Positions 1-64,000 of a stretch of 64,000 nucleotides of DNA are shown here, piece by piece. The DNA is taken from positions 110,980,001 through 111,044,000 of the forward strand of contig NC_042997.1 of NCBI RefSeq assembly GCF_006345805.1, read 5' to 3'. Under the pieces are notes generated by a model that worked only from the letters and a program-made list of their open reading frames with translations, was not told the DNA's origin and made no database searches. Made by a program: the position numbers and the translations under genes. This DNA is from Octopus sinensis (Eukaryota). How positions within the stretch are numbered: the stretch's first letter is position 1; the number at the start of each line of letters is the position of its first letter.

Positions 1-296
1 TGTGAGGGACCTGGGTATTGACGGCTGGTACAGTAGTAATTCCTGGAGCTTTCTTCAAGGTTGTCAAGCAACTTGTGCTTTTTTTTTGGTTTTCACATTT
101 TTGAAAATTTTATAAAGTTCTCTCAGTCAAAATAAATGGCCTTCTACTGCACTCGTCTTATGAACTGGCTGGTATTTTCTAAGATAGCACTGCCAGGTGT
201 GCGTATATCCTTCAGCGAAATGTCTAGTGTAATCTTGTTCATCTTCCTAAAAGCACTGATTTCCCAGTATGGGAGGTTTTGGTAGGTTATGTTTAA

Positions 297-1270
297 CCCT
301 TTCGTTACCAAACTGCCCGTAATTACCTATTCATATTTAAATGAGAATATCAGAGCAAATCTCTTTAGTACATTCGTGAAAACACGTGATTATACTTCGT
401 AAACAGTTCATCTATAGTTTTGTACAACGATCGAAGTGTAATTTTAATTCCGTGAATTTTGGGAGATTTTTTTCCCAAATTTGTTCCTATTGTGTTTTCA
501 AAATTTGTAATTCTGACAAAAAATGGATACAAATTCCATTATATCAAGCAGCAAGTCAGAATTCGAAGGATTTTCTACTAAAGACCTTCATAAATCTAAC
601 TCTATGACTGAAAAAAAAAAAAAGCACGTGGTATTTGATTATGAATCCGAGAGCTCTGACAGCGATTAAGAAAATGAATTGGCACCTGAATGGAGTGAAA
701 ATTTTAAAACTGTTTCTTTCAGTGATTTTTCTGAAGAAACTGGACCAAGCCACAGTCTTTCCCAGGAGAGTAAAGCCTTAGACTACTCCTATTTACTTTT
801 TCGAATAAGCCTATTTGAATTGAAATCATTACGGCGGAAACAAACCGTTACGCTAAATGTAAACAAAGCGAAAGGATAGTTTGTGGTTTCCCACAACCTT
901 AAATGAAATTAAGGCCTATTTTGCCATAAATATTATCATGGGTATCAGAAAGTTACCCAGAATAACAAACTCTATAGTAAAATTTTGTTGTATACCCAAT
1001 TGAATATTAGCTAATAACCCATTTTCTATAGCGATGTTTGAACAAAAATTTTAATTTTATATTTTGTTGAATTTACCTGCAATTAGAGTCACTTTGTGAC
1101 AAAAATTATAGTATAGAACCTTTCATTAAATTATCTTCCAAAAATCATAATATATTGATAAATAAAAGTTATAGTTGTTTAATGAAACCAGACTAAATTT
1201 ATGATTATGTTAGAAACTAATTGAAACACATAAGGGGTGTATTTTGGTCAGAAATATAGTAACGAAAGGG
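297..1270 (+). mobile_element. Internally deleted piggyBac DNA transposon
   Basis: Perfect 12-bp TIRs CCCTTTCGTTAC (297-308) and GTAACGAAAGGG (1259-1270), each flanked by TTAA. The interior retains a frameshifted piggyBac transposase N-terminus (W..F..ETGP..L..SKALDY..LLF..LFE..AETNRYA, ~680-860). Confidence 0.85.
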
Positions 1271-2261
1271 TTAAAATTAGAGTTTAGACAGGAGACTTTA
1301 AAATGTCATGTCCAAACCTTATTTTGGGTATATCCCTAGCAGTGTGCTCTGAAAGCATGGTCACCACTTACGGTTGCCAGGTGTCCACTAAGGTACTGCA
1401 TTTTAGTTTGCGGATCTAATTAAGGAATTCCTTGGTGCACGTTTAGTATATTTTAAATAACTGATAGTGAAGACAGAGTGTAGTAAGCACATGTAGCAAT
1501 GTTGTGAATTTAAACTTATAGATCAATTCAAATATATTTGGGACAGATTTAACCTGTAAAAAAAAAAAAAAAAAAAAAAACCTATTTTCACTGGTTTAGG
1601 CAAAAGGTGTCAAAAACACCAAATCATTTCAGAGCAAACTGTTGACCGACGAATTCCATTTCAAGCTTCTGCATACCAAGAAAACAACTCTCTTGAATTC
1701 ACAACACTGTTTTAAGTTCATTCTGAGTATAAGAATAAGAACCCAGTACTACAACATTCTGCCAAACAACCTCAAGAGATTTGCCAGATTTACAAATGGC
1801 AGACTTTAAAACAAAGTCTGTATAAATTTTTATGAGATACCAGTTGAATCCAGAAACAGCACAGAAAAGAAACTCAAACACTCTGAAAGAATGGTGCTCA
1901 AGCATGGCCTTAGCCTCCGAATAAGGCCAGTAAAAGAGTCTGGCAGCATTGCTTGTAGGTCCACGTATAGATTTTGGTGATTTTTCTTTCAAGAAGTTAT
2001 GACTCATTTCAGGTTGAAGAGAAGCTGTACCAATTCTGTAATGGAGCCTAGTAATGAGTGCATTTTTCGTGCTGTTGAATAATGTTGGCCCCTATTCATT
2101 GGTGGATGGATTTTTGAGGTGTGGAATGAGTGGTTTGATGTGGGGCGTGTAAGGTTAGGATACAATCAGGGTTTGTATCCAGCAAACATCTTGTACCAAA
2201 GTGGAGATTTGTATGTAAATTCTGACTGTTAAAGTTCTGACGAAAAAAAAAAAAAAATCAT

Positions 2262-2460
2262 TTACTCTTACTTGTTTTAGTCATGTGACTGTGACCATGC
2301 TGGAGCACCGCCTTTGGTCGATCAAATCGACCCCAGGACTTATTCTTTGTAAGCCTAGTACTTATTCTATCGGTCTCTTTTGCCGAACTGCTAAGTTACA
2401 GTGACGTAAACACAGACACACACACACACATATATATAGACAACATGCTTCTTTCAGGTG
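2262..2460 (-). mobile_element. tRNA-derived SINE (family B), 3' part
   Basis: Matches the tail shared with fuller copies at 15339-15682 and 60720-61165 (gaccccag...tacttattctat.ggtctc.tttgcc.aa...ctaagttac). Boundaries approximate. Confidence 0.6.
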
Positions 2461-2859
2461 GCAGCCATGAAAGTTTCCATCTGGAAGAACATTCTGATTT
2501 AATAAGAAAATCCATCTGCACAGCAATCACAAATTCAACATTCTTGATAAAGACATCAACCAGCAACACATACCAGTTCACATCAAGATAGTAACTAGAA
2601 AAAAGCAAATGGTAAACCTTTATCAATATGAACTCACCACTACCACCTGCCTAACTCCACTGAGCACCAGACCAATAGCCAGGTAGGTGTTTCGGTCTCA
2701 CCTTAAATGAAAAATCTGTCATTTATTATTGTAACCCTTGAAGGGAGGTTTCATAACTGTTGTCTGAACAACCATTGCAAGACAGAGATTCACCAAACTG
2801 CCAAGGACGTCAGCACTTGCCACTATTTTTGATATAAAAAAAAAAAAACTAGCAAAACC

Positions 2860-5122
2860 TTTTGTATTAATATTTATTTGTATCACAATTTATTGGATCG
2901 TCAATTCAAAGACAAAAGGCTCCAATTGACAGTAGAAAAAACCACAGGCCTTTTTATACACATGTCTGGAACCAACAAACTTGGTGGGACCATTCACTTT
3001 TATACATACTTCTTGTCTGGAACCAACAAGCTTGGTGGTGGATTTGGGGGGGGGGGAAACAAAGTCTGGTTGATTAGACATGAGGAAAGTACTGCCAATG
3101 GCCGGTATTTGCATGTGGCTAATAACAGCACCAGCAATAATAGACTGGTAGAGAGAGAGAGCAAAATGGAGAGGTGTGGGACAGAAAAGAAAGAAAGGTC
3201 AGCAGTGGATGGGATTTATGTTGAGAACCAGTAGTGGCAGCAGTGATGTAGAAATGGTTAAGAAGTATTGAATCAAACACCCACCCCCCACACATACACA
3301 CATTTGAAATACAACTTAGGAAGGTAAAGAGGCAGAGGAGAGAGAGATAGAGAGAAAGCTACAAATTTACAGCCGTTAGAATGTCATTTCAGCAATCAAC
3401 AAGATGAACCAAATTCCATCGACAACAATGGTGCCGTGGTTTAACAAATGGAATAAAACTATAAAGTGCCAAAGCTGGCTGTGATTGCTCTCTGAATATC
3501 CAAGGAGCTGTTTAAGGATTCTCTATTGGAAATCACAATAATTATGTTAGTGTTGATGGTGGTAGTGGTGATGGTGGTCAGTGTAACATTTTTACTCCAC
3601 CACTTTTCCCTGCTGTCTTATAATGGACTTAGCCTTCTTAGATAGGGGTCAGGGACCACATCTCACTCGCAGGAACAATGTGCTTTTTATTTAGGCACCT
3701 TTTTTTTTTCTCTTTCTTATTTTCTCAAAAACTGAATCTATTTCCTGAGAGTCCAATCAAACTGCAAGGGACATTTTTTTTTGTTCCGTTTTCTTTTTTT
3801 TTTTTAAGCTATAATAAATTCATAAATTGTGTTATTTTAAAATCCACTTCAAATATAACAACAATAATTTGAACCCAGTTTGAAGAATTAAATTGAAGAA
3901 ACATGTATAATGGCTACTAGATTTCAGGTGCAAACCAATTCAAAGACCTGCAAGCTTAAAAGGATGTTGGATTTTAAAGAGCCCCTTTAAAAGCAAACAC
4001 CAAAGATGTGATCATTTAACAGATGAAGTTGAAACAGAGGAATCGATGAACCAAGGGGACAAGTTTTAGACAAGGAGCAGAAACAATTATTTTACTGCAC
4101 CACAAAAAACATTGTTCTCAGAATTTCAAACAAATTCCAGAGCATGGAATATTATAAGTCACCAAAATGGTGAGGAATCTTCACAACTGCTGCTGCCACT
4201 ACTGTTGAAGCCAAACAGAGATGGAGTTTTTGAAAGGATGTTCCAGTGATTTAGGGCCAACAAAATTAAAAACAAGTAATCCCACCATTATGCAGGTTGT
4301 TTGTGCAATCTGGGCAATTAATAATAATAATAATAATTTTATTTTTGATATATTTTAATTAAATGGGGGGAACAAAACATAAAAAATAAATGATTCATCT
4401 ACAAATTTCATTCAATAAAAATGGAAAATAAATCGACAGGGAGGAAAAACAAAATAAAATATGGTCATTAATATAATATAAATCTCCCTAAATTATATTT
4501 CTCCTCTTAATTTGTTCAAAATAACAAAAAATTCATAATTTTCCAAACGGACTATAAATGGACCCAACAAGGAGATTTAGTTGGTAAGAATGAGAGATTG
4601 AAACAAATGACTGTCATATAAGAATGCATCGTTTGTGTGTGTGTGTGTGCGTGTCTATATACATATAGACACTGGTTTGCACACACACACACACACACAA
4701 ACACACACTTCCGATTCTTCAGTCAGATTGTTTCTGTTCACTGATGCAGCCAAATGAAAAATAAAACGCCACTAAATATTTCAATAGGCTCTGATTTTGA
4801 AATTGGTCCTGTAGAAATGGAGGGAGGGATCATCAGCTAAGATTTAAAAACAGAAAAAAAAAAGAAAAAGAAAAAAAAAATGGAGCCATTTACAATGAAT
4901 AAATTAAAAACTGCAATTTTTCAGTCTCCCTAGAAATGTTTCCATCAACCCTTGGATAAAGAACAGGTTAGTTAATTACAATTGCATAGGGTTGACTCGT
5001 AGTATCACAGATGGAGGGCTAGTCGCAGTCAGGGCAAGGAGTGAGAGGGATGGGGCTAGATATAGACATCTTGTTTTGTTGATGCTGCTCTTGGTCCCTG
5101 CTGGTACAGTTTGTCAGCTTTA
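2860..5122 (-). other. Putative 3' UTR of PPP4R1
   Basis: Follows the inferred stop codon and is free of the SINEs that fill the introns. An AATAAA lies on the minus strand near 2873-2878, but other AATAAA-like hexamers exist, so the distal end is uncertain. Confidence 0.45.
5003..5010 (-). promoter_or_regulatory. miR-2 family 8mer seed match (K-box, CUGUGAUA) in putative 3' UTR
   Basis: Plus strand TATCACAG reads CTGTGATA on the mRNA strand, about 110 nt after the stop. It is complementary to nt 2-8 of UAUCACAG with an A opposite position 1. Function is untested. Confidence 0.5.
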
Positions 5123-62500
<57,378 letters not shown>

Positions 62501-64000
62501 CTGAAAGTAAAATTTCAGTAAATTCAATGAAACACCAGTCAATTTCTTTTTGCAAATTATTAAACAAAAAAAAAAGTTTAAAGTATGTTACTCAATGGTA
62601 ATGTCATCAAAATACATTTTCAATTTCAATAATAAAAACAATGTTATTTGTCCAAAATATACTGATTAATATTGAAGAGGTTCTATATATATCCGTTGAT
62701 CCAGATTGATAAAGAAAAAATATCTTTAAAATGTTGACCTGCAGAAGCACGTGCTGTCAAATTAAGGGAAGCAAAGAGGAAGTAACTCGTGGAGCTCTAA
62801 CGCGCAGAAAAACTACTCCTAATTAACTCCCCTTTTGTAGCAGCACCACAATGAAAGTATTTCGACCATTTTAACTGTCATAAGACCCGACTTTCACTTC
62901 AAAATAACAGTCGTTTACAACAACTTTACTCATTAAAATTACATCTATAGAAATTATTTTTTTAACACCGATTCTACATTTTTGCGGAAGGAGGGAGGGA
63001 GAGATACGGATAAGAAAACGAAAATACAAATAAGCGATGCTATTTAATTAAATTTTCAAAAAAATTATCTTCCAAAACATCAAAATGTTACATAATTATT
63101 TCGTCGTTAAAAAGAAAAAAACGAGGAAATAACGACAATAATAAAAGCTAGTTCGAAAAAAGGGTAAAATGAGTCAGTTGAAACTACTGGAGGTAAACAA
63201 AGAAGTTCATATTGAAGAAACGCCAAGCACCTCTGACCTACTTTAGCAGCAATAACAACCAAATACAAAAAGAAAAAAACATTTAGAAAAAAAAACATTT
63301 AAAAATTCAAAATATAAAAGCTTCGTGTAAACCTTAGTTAAATCGGGGGACGGGGGGGGGGTTATATTGGAGACCCTAAATCAAACCAACATTTATTTAG
63401 TTATAATTCCGTTTATTAAAGAACTAAAAATATACTGTTTTCACTTCCGTATTCATTTGTTTTTTTTTTTTTTCGTTCGTTAATGACCATTATATAACAA
63501 TTCTTTACGAAAAATCCTGGAGCCTTTCAGAAATTTATAGTAAATAACATTGGGATTATTTTTCCATATTTATTGCATTACATGAAATGTTGGATGTTTA
63601 TAAAGAGAGAAAAAAAAGGGGAAATATACTTGAAATTATTAAATTGCACACCTTGGTTCTGTCTGTCTATATATCTATCGAGATAGATATAAATATATAT
63701 TATAAACACCTGTTAAATTCTCGGAAGGGAAACAAAATTGGTAAATAAGGAATATTATAAAACATAACCAAAAATCTATTTATATATGCACGCATTCTGT
63801 ACATGGGGAATGATTTTTGAAAAAAAAAAACTTGATAAGACTAACGAGTGAGTAATTATATAAACAGTTTTAAGACATAAGCCAATGAGGGGGAGCAAAA
63901 TGAAGGGTCATAAATATTTACTGACCTGCACTTGGATATATCTTAAATTAGAATGCAAATAAAGGACAAGGGAAAAGGAAAACGAGCACAACGTTGAGAA

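Noticed and set aside
2860-5122. miR-71 seed sites in the host 3' UTR
   Set aside because: I saw no GUCUUUC match on the mRNA strand by eye. A proper scan should confirm this.
62930-62933. ATG A|GTAAAG as the missing first coding exon
   Set aside because: The phase fits, but the donor is weak and there is no homology support. Several equally poor candidates exist.
63169-63246. Plus-strand MSQLKLLE.. mini-ORF as the start of a divergent gene
   Set aside because: It is only 25 codons with no recognisable domain and no downstream exon in the window.

Overview
This is AT-rich eukaryotic genomic DNA from a protostome. The repeat landscape and miRNA set fit an octopus or other cephalopod mollusc (inference). 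One protein-coding gene spans almost the whole window on the minus strand: PPP4R1, the HEAT-repeat regulatory subunit 1 of protein phosphatase 4. I reconstructed 19 coding exons by hand (62500 down to the stop at 5123). All introns are GT-AG, every junction keeps the frame, and the product is at least 987 aa; the first coding exon was not found. The intron at 51287-55531 holds a polycistronic microRNA cluster in the host orientation: one mir-71 followed by nine mir-2 hairpins, including four near-identical copies and one seed-shifted paralog. The main leads are (i) splice signals that would make the mir-71 hairpin a stop-containing cassette exon, (ii) an imperfect hammerhead-like fold on that exon's donor site, (iii) a perfect miR-2 8mer (K-box) in the host's own 3' UTR, and (iv) a 79-nt intronic hairpin with pre-miRNA geometry. 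The other introns are filled with transposon relics: piggyBac deletion derivatives and MITEs, a maT/Tc1-mariner, Helitron-like elements, Penelope-like ends carrying hammerhead motifs, an RTE LINE with a twin-priming-type 5' inversion, and SINEs. Repeat boundaries are approximate. All homology statements come from recalled family motifs, not from database searches.
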